Shown here in pieces: positions 10,203 through 19,315 of a stretch of 64,000 nt of DNA. The stretch spans positions 46,382 to 110,381 of the forward strand of contig JBEDUK010000096.1 in the NCBI GenBank assembly GCA_040414485.1. The letters run 5' to 3'. Position numbers and translations under genes: made by a program. Each line of letters opens with the position of its first letter. Position 1 is the first letter of the stretch. The notes under the pieces were generated by a model. That model was not told the origin of the DNA, did no database searches, and worked only from the letters and a program-made list of their open reading frames with translations. The stretch is from Actinomycetota bacterium (GTDB lineage Bacteria; Actinomycetota; UBA4738).

Positions 10203-10988
10203 CTACGCGGCCGACTGAACCCGTCGTCCGGTCCGGCCCAGCGCCAGCGCCACACCGAGCAGCCCCATGAGCAGGGTCGCGCCGAGAGCAACGGCCCACG
10301 CGCCGGTCGCCTGCCCCGGCGCCGGGGCGGGGATGGGCGCCGCGGGGGGATCGCCGGCCGGTGAGGCTGGGATCGGCCGTTGGGACGCCACGGCCGGTTC
10401 CGTCGCCGGAACGCCGCCGCGCACGAGATCCTGGAAGAACACCGACGTTGCGGGCATCCAGCCGGATCCGACCTCGGCCCCAAGCACCCCGTAACCGGGC
10501 GGCGTGTAGACCCACGGCACCGACGGAAGGCTCTTGAGCGGCCCCGGTCCCCATGGGTAGAGCGCCTGCTCGATCACCTGGGCCCGGCCGGCCACCGCCA
10601 CCGTCCACCGCATCGCGTACTTCGGGCCGAGGTCGCCGCGCGGCGCGCGGTACCCACCGGCCGAGCCGGTCGCCTGCGCGAGGAAGTTCGAATCGTTCGC
10701 CAGCGTCCACACCGCCCCCGACACGCTGCCCAGGTCGCCGGGGAAGCCCTGGCTCTCTCGGCGGAACTCGACGCGCCTGGAGCACGCGAACCGTTGCAGG
10801 AGGAAGCACGACCCCTGCCATGAGGCTGAGATCGGCCGCTCCAGACCCGGCCCCGTGATCGTGACGGCGATGGACGTCGGCCGCAGGTCGCCCTTGGCGA
10901 ACGCTGCCGGGGCCACGCGCACCTCGACCGAAAGGGCAACCGCCAGGGCGGCACCGATTCGCGCGGCCCGGTGGATGTTCCTTCGCAT
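10203..10988 (-). CDS. Hypothetical secreted protein with C-terminal membrane anchor
   Basis: Signal peptide ending AAFA-KG, Pro-rich linker, C-terminal TM helix with basic tail; GAGGAGG RBS. Confidence 0.7.
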   Translation of the reverse strand: MRRNIHRAARIGAALAVALSVEVRVAPAAFAKGDLRPTSIAVTITGPGLERPISASWQGSCFLLQRFACSRRVEFRRESQGFPGDLGSVSGAVWTLANDSNFLAQATGSAGGYRAPRGDLGPKYAMRWTVAVAGRAQVIEQALYPWGPGPLKSLPSVPWVYTPPGYGVLGAEVGSGWMPATSVFFQDLVRGGVPATEPAVASQRPIPASPAGDPPAAPIPAPAPGQATGAWAVALGATLLMGLLGVALALGRTGRRVQSAA

Positions 10989-11047
10989 CGCGACCTCCTC
11001 GTGACCCTTGGGTTCCGTGCCCCCTCGTAGCACCTGGATGGATCTGG

Positions 11048-11074
11048 TACACCGCAACGGCCCTATAGGTTCCC
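11048..11074 (-). promoter_or_regulatory. ECF-type promoter GGGAACC-N12-GCGGTGTA (target copy)
   Basis: Boxes and spacing identical to the copy at 12622-12648 upstream of the ECF sigma gene. Confidence 0.7.
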
Positions 11075-11084
11075 GCGCAGCGGG

Positions 11085-11996
11085 TTACCTCATGGAGCGT
11101 GCGATGGGGAGTGCCCGGTCCAGCGGCATGGCGGTCTCCACGCGGAGCGTCAGATCGCCGTGCTGCCACAGCAGTGCGTTCGCCGAGAGCCGGAGCGAAT
11201 CGGTGATCAGCGACCCGTCCGAAGCGACGTACGCGACCTCGTGCGGCTCGCCGGACACCCACAGGCCGGGGAAGCGCCCGACCTCCATTGGCCTCACCGA
11301 CGTGCCCCGACCGACGAACTTCTGCATGAAGGGCCGGTCGACCCGGCCGACGAACTCCGTGATCAGCGCCCAGACACCCTGCCTGCCAGGCCCAGACGCG
11401 GCCCCGGCCGGCGGGTACACCAGATTGAGTGCACCGCCGGGCACGACCTGTGCAACGTACACCTCGGGTCGGGCCAGTCCCGGCAGCGTCGGTACCTCGA
11501 TGCCGAACCCCAGGCGCGACCGCGCTTCCGCAAGCGTCATGTGCTCGCCGAGGAACAGATCCGAGCCGAGCGGCGGCGCGGCTCCATGCGTTTCCGGGCC
11601 CGTCGGCGCGCCCGTGCGAGCGCTCGTCGGCGGCACGGTCGGAAGGCCCGTCGGCGCCGGTCCGAAGATGAACTGGACGCCTCGGATCGCGAACGTGGCG
11701 GCGGCCGCCGTGGCAGCCAGGAGCACCACGACGGTCACCGCGAGCACGAACGCGCGCCTCGCCGTCGACCACGATCCGGATCGCAGGCGGGCGTCGCGCA
11801 ACAGCCGCAAGATTCGGACCCCTCGTGATGGCGGTTCACCATGCATCGAGCGCTCGATCGCGGCCACGAGCGCGCGATCGAACCCGGGCGCCCGCTCGGC
11901 CGGATACGCGAGGCGGTCGCCCACGTCCGCCAGAGCGGCCACCAGGTCCGCTTCACCGAAGGACGTCGCACGAAGATCGTCAGGCATCGTTACCAT
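11085..11996 (-). CDS. Putative membrane-anchored anti-sigma factor
   Basis: Overlaps the 3' end of the ECF sigma gene; single TM helix and extracytoplasmic domain ending ANALLW....LTLRVE. Confidence 0.7.
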   Translation of the reverse strand: MVTMPDDLRATSFGEADLVAALADVGDRLAYPAERAPGFDRALVAAIERSMHGEPPSRGVRILRLLRDARLRSGSWSTARRAFVLAVTVVVLLAATAAAATFAIRGVQFIFGPAPTGLPTVPPTSARTGAPTGPETHGAAPPLGSDLFLGEHMTLAEARSRLGFGIEVPTLPGLARPEVYVAQVVPGGALNLVYPPAGAASGPGRQGVWALITEFVGRVDRPFMQKFVGRGTSVRPMEVGRFPGLWVSGEPHEVAYVASDGSLITDSLRLSANALLWQHGDLTLRVETAMPLDRALPIARSMR

Positions 11997-12591
11997 CCAC
12001 CAGGATCGCGGTGCCGATGCCGCCGTCGCCGGTCGCGTCCTTCTCCAGCATCGCGCGGAGCCTTCGGAGCGCCCGCGCGGCACGAGACTTCACCGTTCCG
12101 ATCGGCCATCCGAGCACCTGCGCGCACTCGGCGTCGGAGAGTCCGAGCATGAACCGGTACCCCACGACCAGCCGATCGACTTCGCGCAGCCGGTTGACGG
12201 CCGCGAGCAAGGTGGCGCGGTCCGAATCGGCCAGGACCGCCGCCTCGGCCGACGGGGCCGCGTCATCCGACGGGCGGCCCTGGGCGGCGAGCCGAAGCGC
12301 CAGGTTCGTCCTTCGACCCGACGCTCGCCGCGTGTTCGAGGCCTCGTTCGCCACGATCCGCAGGAGCCACGGCCGCAACGGCGCGCCGTCGTTGAACCGC
12401 CCGATCGCCATGTACGCCTTCACGAACGCCTCCTGGACGACGTCCTCCACGTCGGCGGCGCCCCGCGTGGCGATGTAGGCCACGCGCACGGCCATGCCGC
12501 GGTGGCGGCGGACGAGTTCTTCGAACGCGCCGACGTCCCCACGCTTCGCCCGCCCGATGAGTTCGGCGTCATCCAGTGGTCGGCCCTCCAC
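11980..12591 (-). CDS. ECF RNA polymerase sigma factor
   Basis: DVEDVVQEAFVKAY, WLLRIVAN (region 2); ECAQVLGWPIGTVKSR (region 4). Confidence 0.93.
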   Translation of the reverse strand: MEGRPLDDAELIGRAKRGDVGAFEELVRRHRGMAVRVAYIATRGAADVEDVVQEAFVKAYMAIGRFNDGAPLRPWLLRIVANEASNTRRASGRRTNLALRLAAQGRPSDDAAPSAEAAVLADSDRATLLAAVNRLREVDRLVVGYRFMLGLSDAECAQVLGWPIGTVKSRAARALRRLRAMLEKDATGDGGIGTAILVDGNDA

Positions 12592-12621
12592 CGCAGGCGC
12601 TCGCTCCCGGCAATGTCTTGA

Positions 12622-12648
12622 TACACCGCGGAGGGGCGAGCGGTTCCC
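12622..12648 (-). promoter_or_regulatory. ECF-type promoter GGGAACC-N12-GCGGTGTA (putative autoregulatory copy)
   Basis: GGAAC -35 box typical of ECF promoters, about 30 nt upstream of the sigma start; duplicated at 11048-11074. Confidence 0.7.
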
Positions 12649-12708
12649 CGAACGCCGAACGGGTGACGGATGAGCGCCTTGGCGAACCGGCCTCGAGCCG
12701 GAGGTGGG

Positions 12709-13554
12709 TCAGCGGGACGGCGGCGTCGTGATGAGCTGGATCAACCCCGTCAGGACCGTCTGGCCACCGTGGTCCAGGACGACCGCACCCGTCAGCTTCG
12801 ACAGGTCGTTGTTCGGGAAGAACATGGGGTCCGTGGACAGGACGTAATCGCCGTTCGGCGTCTTGACCAGGCTGCCGGCCTTGAGCGCCGGCTCGCTGCC
12901 CTGCTCGAACAGCACCGTGAACGGCCCGTGCAGCGTCGGCGGAATGTTCGCCTGCATCGTGACGAAATCGGGCGTCGCGTCGGGGATGCTCACCACCAGC
13001 AACTCGCCGCTGGCGCCGCCACCCGATGGGGACGTCATCAGCGCGCCGAAGACCTTGGCCCGCTCGGCCGCGGGGACCGCATGGTTGGTGGCGCTGTTCG
13101 CCTGATCGAGCGCCTGCATGCGCCGCTGGAACTGGGAGATGAACACCTGGAGCCGTTCGACGTCCTGCGAACGGCGGGTCACGGCCTGCTTCTGCACCGC
13201 GACCTGACCCCGCATGGCGAGCGCCCAGGTCGAGGTGCCGGCGGCAAGGAGGGCCGCCACGAGCCCTGCGGCCGCGACCAACCGCATGGTCCGCCTCGAG
13301 GTGGTCCGTCGTTTCGAACCCCGACCGCTGCGGGCTTCCTCAACTGCCCGGCCAACGCGGTCGCCCAGGGCCGGGCCAGGTACCTCGGGGGGCAGGGACA
13401 TCGCGATGCGCGCGGCGCTTTCCCTGAACCCGTCCGCCTCGCGTCTGCACCCCGGGCACGTCTCGATGTGCTGTCCGATCTCGCGCGCATCGCTCTCATC
13501 GAGTACGTCGAGCGCGAATTCGGGAAGGAGATCCCGGACGCGAAGGCACGCCAT
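12709..13554 (-). CDS. Zinc-binding (ZAS) membrane anti-sigma factor
   Basis: HIETCPGC = HxxxCxxC motif, TM helix, coiled-coil and C-terminal domain; directly follows the sigma gene. Confidence 0.85.
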   Translation of the reverse strand: MACLRVRDLLPEFALDVLDESDAREIGQHIETCPGCRREADGFRESAARIAMSLPPEVPGPALGDRVGRAVEEARSGRGSKRRTTSRRTMRLVAAAGLVAALLAAGTSTWALAMRGQVAVQKQAVTRRSQDVERLQVFISQFQRRMQALDQANSATNHAVPAAERAKVFGALMTSPSGGGASGELLVVSIPDATPDFVTMQANIPPTLHGPFTVLFEQGSEPALKAGSLVKTPNGDYVLSTDPMFFPNNDLSKLTGAVVLDHGGQTVLTGLIQLITTPPSR

Positions 13555-13556
13555 GC

Positions 13557-14150
13557 TCACGCTTCGGCTCCCATCGCCGCGGCCAAGCGGGCGTTCTCGG
13601 CTTCGTTCTTTCGCAGCCGGATCAGCGCGGACCGGATGCGGGTCTTGACGGTTCCGAGTGGGATCCCCTGCGCCTCGGCGATCTCGCGCGCCGTCCAGCC
13701 GTTGAAATAGGCCAGCCGCAGCAGTTCGCGGTCGGGGGCGGGCAGGCCGTCCATGCAACGGCGTGCCGTCTCCCGATCCAGGAGGTCGTCCTCGACATTG
13801 ATGGGCGGGTCCGGAAGCTCGTCGACCAGCACGAGCGGCGGCATCGACGCGCCGGTCCGGTGCCGCAGGCGGTCGACCGCGAGGTTGTGCCCGATGGCCA
13901 TCAACCACGTGGAGAGCCGACCGCGGGAGGCGTCGAACCGGTCGCCCTTGCGCCACGCGGCGACGAACACGTCCTGGGTGAGCTCCTCGGCCTCCTGGAA
14001 CGAGCCCAGCATGCGCAGCCCAAGGGTGTAGATGGGCCCGCCGAAGCGGGCATAGAGCGCCCTCAGGGCGCGTTCGTCTCCGGCCATGAGCCGCTGCATC
14101 AGCTCCTGCTCCGATTCGGCTGATAGAGGACCTTCGCGCGTGAAGGTCAA
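13557..14150 (-). CDS. ECF sigma factor, SigK-like
   Basis: AEELTQDVFVAAWR..RFDASRG, HNLAVDRLR, EIAEAQGIPLGTVKTRIR; TTG start after GAGGAGG chosen (alternative ATG 14171). Confidence 0.9.
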   Translation of the reverse strand: MTFTREGPLSAESEQELMQRLMAGDERALRALYARFGGPIYTLGLRMLGSFQEAEELTQDVFVAAWRKGDRFDASRGRLSTWLMAIGHNLAVDRLRHRTGASMPPLVLVDELPDPPINVEDDLLDRETARRCMDGLPAPDRELLRLAYFNGWTAREIAEAQGIPLGTVKTRIRSALIRLRKNEAENARLAAAMGAEA

Positions 14151-14269
14151 GCCTGCCTCCTCAACAGTCATACGGACGCCGGGGGCCGGAGGGATTCCGA
14201 ACCTTGGGGCTCATGATCGCATGAGGTTGGCCCACTGGGAAAGGCGGGCATCTCCAGAACGGTGAGATT

Positions 14270-15694
14270 ATGTTGCGCATGGTCAAGCGGCGGGTTGCCG
14301 CGCTTGCGCTCGGCACGATGGTGCTCACCCTCTGTGCCACATGGGCGGTGAGTGCGGCGGGCGCCGACGAGGTCCAGCCCTCGAACACCATTCTCACCAT
14401 GAAGCTGAACGGGGTCGTCGATCCGTTCATGGCGACCTACATCGAACGGGGCATCCAGACGGCGGAGTCGAACGGCAACGTCGGGGTGCTGATCACGATC
14501 GACACGCCCGGCGGGCTGGACTCGTCCATGCGCTCGATCGTCCAGGCGATCCTCGGCTCGACGCTCCCCGTGATCTGCTACACGTTCCCGTCGGGAGCCC
14601 GGGCGGCGTCGGCCGGGACGTTCATCATGATGGGCTGCCCGGTGAACGCCATGGCGCCGGGCACGAACATCGGCGCCGCGCACCCGGTGGGCGTCTCCGG
14701 CGCCATCGAGAGCGAGAAGGTGACGAACGACGCCGTCGCCTATATCAGGTCGCTCGCCGAACGGTGGCACCGCAACGCCAACTGGGCGGAGCGCGCCGTC
14801 CGGAACGCCGAGAGCGCGACCGCGGATGCCGCGCTCGCCCTCCACGTGGTCGATTGGGTGTCCCCCTCCGAGTCGGCGCTGCTGAACGACGTCGGCGGAT
14901 GCGGCGCAGCGCCGCCGCCCGTTCCGTCAACAGGCCTCGGCCGCGTCCCGGCCGTGTGCGGAGCGAACTCGCAGGCGCTGAATCCATCGCTCGCAGAGAG
15001 CCTGTTCCATTCCTTCGCCGATCCGAACATCGCGTTCCTGCTGCTCTCGATCGGATTCCTGGCCCTGATCGCATGGATCTTCCACCCGGGATTCCACGCT
15101 TCGCTCGCCGTCGGTGTGATCTGCATCATCGTGGGGTTCCTGATCCTGGAGACGCTGCCGGTCCGACTGAGCGGTGTGCTCCTGATCGCGATCTCCGCGA
15201 TCCTGTTCGTCGTCGACGTCAAGGCCCAGACGCACGGCGTGCTCACCGCGGCGGCGATCGGCGTGCTCGTGATCGGCGGCCTGTTGCTGTTCAACCCGAG
15301 CATCCCGACCGCCCATGTCTCTATACCGGTGATCGTCCTGATAGCCCTCCTGTTCGAGCTGTTCAGCGTCACGGTGCTGCGCGCGGTCGTCAAGGCCCGC
15401 GATCGCCCGGTGCAAGGCGGTACGGGGGGGCTGATCGGATCGAGTGGGATGTCCATCACCGCGCTGGAACCGGGCGGGCAGGTTCGGGTGCTGGGCGAGA
15501 CCTGGACGGCGCAGGCCGCGTACGGCTGGATCCCCGCCGGGGCCGAGGTTTGGGTGGTTGCCGTCAAGGGCGTGTCATTGATCGTCGAGTCGGCCTCGTA
15601 TTCGATCGCGCCCGTGACTCCCGCGACGCCCGCGGAGGAGGCAGGTGGATTGAGCGCGGCTGGGGCCGCGCCATTCGGAGAAAGAGAGGGCTAG
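14270..15694 (+). CDS. nfeD: NfeD family membrane-bound ClpP-class serine protease
   Basis: IDTPGGL, ARAASAG, MAPGTNIGAAHPV; TM region and C-terminal OB domain (G.V...GETW.A); precedes SPFH gene. Confidence 0.9.
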   Translation: MLRMVKRRVAALALGTMVLTLCATWAVSAAGADEVQPSNTILTMKLNGVVDPFMATYIERGIQTAESNGNVGVLITIDTPGGLDSSMRSIVQAILGSTLPVICYTFPSGARAASAGTFIMMGCPVNAMAPGTNIGAAHPVGVSGAIESEKVTNDAVAYIRSLAERWHRNANWAERAVRNAESATADAALALHVVDWVSPSESALLNDVGGCGAAPPPVPSTGLGRVPAVCGANSQALNPSLAESLFHSFADPNIAFLLLSIGFLALIAWIFHPGFHASLAVGVICIIVGFLILETLPVRLSGVLLIAISAILFVVDVKAQTHGVLTAAAIGVLVIGGLLLFNPSIPTAHVSIPVIVLIALLFELFSVTVLRAVVKARDRPVQGGTGGLIGSSGMSITALEPGGQVRVLGETWTAQAAYGWIPAGAEVWVVAVKGVSLIVESASYSIAPVTPATPAEEAGGLSAAGAAPFGEREG

Positions 15695-15696
15695 AC

Positions 15697-16698
15697 GTGT
15701 ACACGGGATGGATCATCGGGTTTATCGCGCTGATCCTGGTGCTCGCGATCCTGTTCCGCGCGATCAAGATCGTTCGCGAATACCAGCGGGTGGTGGTGTT
15801 CCGGCTCGGACGTTCGATCGGCCTGAAGGGACCCGGGCTGGTGATCATCATCCCGGTCGTCGACCGTGTGGTCTGGGTCGATCTTCGCGAGCTCTACTTG
15901 GAGATCCCGCACCAGACCGCGATCACCGAGGACAACGCGCCGATCTCGATCGACTTCATCATCTTCTACAAGGTCGTGGACGCGACCATGAGCGTCCTGC
16001 AGGTGCAGAACTTCGCGGGCGCCGCGCAGAACATCGCCGCGACCACGCTGCGATCCGTGGTCGGCGACATGTCGCTGGACGACGTGCTGTCCAAGCGCGA
16101 GGAGATGAACACGATCCTGCGGACGAAGCTCGACGACGTCACCGAACGCTGGGGCGTGAAGGTCACCAACGTCGAGGTTCGCGAGATCATCCCGCCGCCC
16201 ACGGTCCAGGAGGCCATGACCCGTCAGATGTCCGCCGAGCGGACGCGACGCGCCGTCGTCACCGAGGCCGAGGGCACGAAGTCCGCAGCGATCACCGTGG
16301 CCGAGGGCAACAAGCAGTCGGCGATCCTCAATGCCGAAGGCGCGAAGCAGGCAGCCATCCTGCTTGCCGAGGGCGAACGGCAGGCGGCGGTCCTTCGTGC
16401 CGAAGGGTTCTCCATGGCGCTGTCGAAGATCTTCGATGTGGCGCAGGGCGTGGACGCGAACACGATGAGCCTCCAATACCTGGAGGCGCTCAAGCAGATC
16501 GGACTGTCGCCGTCGACGAAATGGATCCTGCCGATGGAACTGTCGAACCTACTGTCCAGCGTGGTGGGTCGGACAGCTCACGCCTTCGCGGACGGAGGTT
16601 CGAACGGTTCGTCCGGTGCAACGGATGCCGCGCCTGCTCCCGAGCGGGAGTCGCCGGCCGCGGGATCCGGCTCCGCGGCCGGCGCATCAGAATCGTAA
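15697..16698 (+). CDS. SPFH/stomatin (band 7) domain protein
   Basis: VREYQRVVVFRLGR, GPGL, TTLRSVVG, WGVKVTNVEVREI, RQMSAER, AEG repeats. Confidence 0.95.
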   Translation: MYTGWIIGFIALILVLAILFRAIKIVREYQRVVVFRLGRSIGLKGPGLVIIIPVVDRVVWVDLRELYLEIPHQTAITEDNAPISIDFIIFYKVVDATMSVLQVQNFAGAAQNIAATTLRSVVGDMSLDDVLSKREEMNTILRTKLDDVTERWGVKVTNVEVREIIPPPTVQEAMTRQMSAERTRRAVVTEAEGTKSAAITVAEGNKQSAILNAEGAKQAAILLAEGERQAAVLRAEGFSMALSKIFDVAQGVDANTMSLQYLEALKQIGLSPSTKWILPMELSNLLSSVVGRTAHAFADGGSNGSSGATDAAPAPERESPAAGSGSAAGASES

Positions 16699-17264
16699 GG
16701 CTTCCTTACTTCTTCCGGATCGGCCGGAGGGGCATGCTCTTCGCGCGCGGCAGACCGATCGGAGCGGACGGCAAGGAGGAGCAGGATTCCCGCCGCGATG
16801 GCGAGAGCGCCTGCGGCGACGGCGAGATAGATGCCGGGCCGGAACGAGAAGTCGATCAACGCGCGAAAGCGCACCCGGAGGGCAGGTGCCTGGGCACCGG
16901 CGCTGCGGACCGAACGCTCGATCAGGGCGCCGACCGCGCGGTTCCGTTCCCGAACCAGATCGACCACCGCGAACGCGCCGACGACCAGGCCCGACGCCAC
17001 GCCAGCCACGGTCCATGCTCGCCGCGCGTCTCCGCGGCCGCTCACGATGGCGACGATCCCGGCGACGATCATGAAGCCACCGAGGAACAATCCGATCCTC
17101 GGGTGCCCTGCGGACGCGGTGGCGAGGGACGGCACGTCCGTCGGATAGGTCATCCGGGCCCACCCGAGGAGGCCGCCGATCGCCGCGCAGATCCCGGCCC
17201 CGATGACCAAGCCGCACACCAGCCGGTCCCGCCGCTCGGTTGGAGCCGAATTCGATCGGGGCAT
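16578..17264 (-). CDS. Hypothetical membrane protein (about 4 TM)
   Basis: Four hydrophobic segments with PGIYL; low-complexity tail overlaps the stomatin 3' end. Confidence 0.65.
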   Translation of the reverse strand: MPRSNSAPTERRDRLVCGLVIGAGICAAIGGLLGWARMTYPTDVPSLATASAGHPRIGLFLGGFMIVAGIVAIVSGRGDARRAWTVAGVASGLVVGAFAVVDLVRERNRAVGALIERSVRSAGAQAPALRVRFRALIDFSFRPGIYLAVAAGALAIAAGILLLLAVRSDRSAAREEHAPPADPEEVRKPYDSDAPAAEPDPAAGDSRSGAGAASVAPDEPFEPPSAKA

Positions 17265-17291
17265 GAGGCGAATTGTGCATCAAAATTCGGG

Positions 17292-17320
17292 TTGACAGAA
17301 GACCGAAGCGGGCATAGGGT
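17292..17320 (+). promoter_or_regulatory. Housekeeping sigma70-type promoter TTGACA-N17-TAGGGT
   Basis: Consensus -35, 17-bp spacer, TAnnnT -10 upstream of the CDS at 17400. Confidence 0.75.
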
Positions 17321-17399
17321 GCGCACTCTCGCGCGCGGATTTGCTTGGGATCCGCGCTCACGAGCAAGGCGGGGCGAGAGCCGCCGGAGGGGTGGTCGC

Positions 17400-17942
17400 A
17401 TGAGGAAATACTTCATCTGGCTTGCGCCGGCCGTGCTGGCGATGGCGGTGCTGAGCATCGCCTTTGCGGGCGTTGCGCAGGCCGGAAAGCAGGTCGCGGC
17501 CAGCCCCGTCAAGGGCGCGAAGATTGCGAACCCCGGTTCCATCAACGTCGCCCATAAGCTCCTCAGCACGGCGCTTTCGCCGAACGGGTACAACGGGAAC
17601 GCGGTCGGCGCCGGGTTCCAGCCGGTCGACCCGCCGCAGACCATCACCTGCAAGAAGGCCGTGACGTGCACCGTCAATGCGGTCATGACCGTGCAGTTCG
17701 ACAGCGGGAGCGGGGGGTACACGCCCGGGCCGTGGGCGATCTGCCTGAACGTCGACGGGATCTACAACTCGTGCCCGTACGCCGACGACGGCCACAACAA
17801 CGGGTTCTTCACCGCGGCGACGCTCACGGGGTCCGTCACGGGCCTCGGGGCGGGCGCGCACACGGTGGAGACCTTCCTGTACACGAGCAATGGCACCGGC
17901 ATCTACAACTACGACATCGCCTACCACTCCTACAGCGGCTAG
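17400..17942 (+). CDS. Hypothetical secreted beta-rich protein
   Basis: Signal peptide MRKYFIWL...VAQA, GGAGG RBS, own promoter and terminator, 4 Cys. Confidence 0.8.
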   Translation: MRKYFIWLAPAVLAMAVLSIAFAGVAQAGKQVAASPVKGAKIANPGSINVAHKLLSTALSPNGYNGNAVGAGFQPVDPPQTITCKKAVTCTVNAVMTVQFDSGSGGYTPGPWAICLNVDGIYNSCPYADDGHNNGFFTAATLTGSVTGLGAGAHTVETFLYTSNGTGIYNYDIAYHSYSG

Positions 17943-17956
17943 GCCGTCGTACGTAC

Positions 17957-18000
17957 GAAAGCGAAGGGAGCGGCCGCGCGGCCGCTCCCTTCGCCGTTTC
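17957..18000. terminator. Intrinsic terminator, probably bidirectional
   Basis: 15-bp perfect stem GCGAAGGGAGCGGCC/GGCCGCTCCCTTCGC with GAAA and TTTC flanks, between convergent genes. Confidence 0.8.
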
Positions 18001-18013
18001 ACGAACCACTCGT

Positions 18014-18556
18014 CTACAGAACCGGACCCCGCGAAGTCGCCGCGCCGCCGGAGGCCTGCCCCGGAGGCTCGAGAGGCATCTCCAGTTCGATCTCATCTCG
18101 CAGCGGGATGCCGTAGTTCCCGACCATCGGGATGTCCGGCTTCAGGCCCCGCGCCCCGTTCAGAGCGCGGGGCCGCAAAGCGACCATCCGGAGCCCTCGC
18201 CGCTGGTAGAAGCGGAGCGCGTCGACGTTGTCGTTCGTCGTGACCAACCACAGGCGGTGGCAGCCGGCGCGTCGCGCCTCGGCGGCCGCCGCCTTCATCA
18301 GGGCGGTCCCCACGCCCCGTAACCGAGGGGACGCGGTGAGGGACGTGACCTCGAACGAACCGGGCGGGTTCAACCGGTACGTGAGCAGTCCCGCCGGCAC
18401 GCCGTCTACCCGCGCGACGAACCCGTCGTGCTCGTGCGGGTGGAACAGTTCGCCCGAGACGGCCATGACGTCGCTGCCCCACTGTTCCAGGATGTAGGCA
18501 CGCGCCCACGCGCGATCGGCTTCATTCAGCGGCCCGATCTGGGGCGCAGCCGTCAC
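18014..18556 (-). CDS. GNAT family N-acetyltransferase
   Basis: RLRGVGTALM acetyl-CoA motif, LVTTNDNVDALRFYQRRG, GIPLRDEIELE. Confidence 0.9.
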   Translation of the reverse strand: MTAAPQIGPLNEADRAWARAYILEQWGSDVMAVSGELFHPHEHDGFVARVDGVPAGLLTYRLNPPGSFEVTSLTASPRLRGVGTALMKAAAAEARRAGCHRLWLVTTNDNVDALRFYQRRGLRMVALRPRALNGARGLKPDIPMVGNYGIPLRDEIELEMPLEPPGQASGGAATSRGPVL

Positions 18557-19233
18557 CCGGCCACCACTCGACAGGTCTCGCGCTCGGCGAACGGTGTGAA
18601 CTCGCGGATCTGCAGCGGTGGATCCAGCGCCCCGAGAATCCCTTCCACCAGCCCGCGGTGGAGGGTGCAGACCAGTTCCCGGTGCTCGTCGGCGAGGTCC
18701 TTGAACGGACAGTCGCGGAGGTTGACCTCCACAGCCGTGCCCTCCATGCGCCGGAATCGCGGATCGAAGCCGGCCCTGGCCATCGCCTCCTGCATCAGCG
18801 CCAGCGTGCGCGCGGCGGGCCCCCGCGTGGCGCCCGGCTTCGTCCCCGGCTTCGGCCGCTGCTGCCCCACCAGGTACGCGCCCCACTCGTGGGCCAGCCC
18901 CCGGGCCTGTTCGATCGCGCGCCGGCCGCGGACCAGGACGATCAGCATGTCTGCGAGCAACCGGTAGTCCCGTACGTCCTCGTCCTCGGGTTCGCGAACC
19001 GAATACAGGGTCTGCGGGCGGCCGACCGCGCCCTTCCGCGTCTCGCTCGCCACCAGGCCCGCGTCCTCCAGTCTTCGCAGGTGGGGGCGGACGGTGTTCG
19101 GGTGCAGGTTGAGCCGCCGCGACACCTCACGGACGGAGACCGGCCGGCCGGCCAGTCCGACGAACCGGTACAGGCGATACCGCGTGTCATCCGCCAGGGC
19201 CTTATGGATCTCGAGGGCCGTCGACACAGGCAT
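18553..19233 (-). CDS. ArsR-type HTH regulator with Cys-containing C-terminal domain (SufR-like)
   Basis: LHPNTVRPHLRRLEDAGLV, VGRPQTLY, CPF...LVC.LH.G...C. Confidence 0.85.
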   Translation of the reverse strand: MPVSTALEIHKALADDTRYRLYRFVGLAGRPVSVREVSRRLNLHPNTVRPHLRRLEDAGLVASETRKGAVGRPQTLYSVREPEDEDVRDYRLLADMLIVLVRGRRAIEQARGLAHEWGAYLVGQQRPKPGTKPGATRGPAARTLALMQEAMARAGFDPRFRRMEGTAVEVNLRDCPFKDLADEHRELVCTLHRGLVEGILGALDPPLQIREFTPFAERETCRVVAG

Positions 19234-19315
19234 ACCGCCGTATCATCGGGGAAGATAAACACGGTCACAACCGGTGAAACCATTCGCTGTTCCGACCAGA
19301 CCAACGGAGTCCGTC

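Noticed and set aside
14341-16698. ORF-track calls suggesting long N-terminal extensions or fusions (also 15708-17942, 39871-42243, 58273-59967)
   Set aside because: The extensions are out-of-frame overlaps with upstream genes; real starts lie at coupled start codons downstream
16578-16698. 121-bp antisense overlap of the stomatin and membrane protein genes
   Set aside because: Both overlapping tails are low-complexity; most simply explained by stop-codon drift in GC-rich DNA
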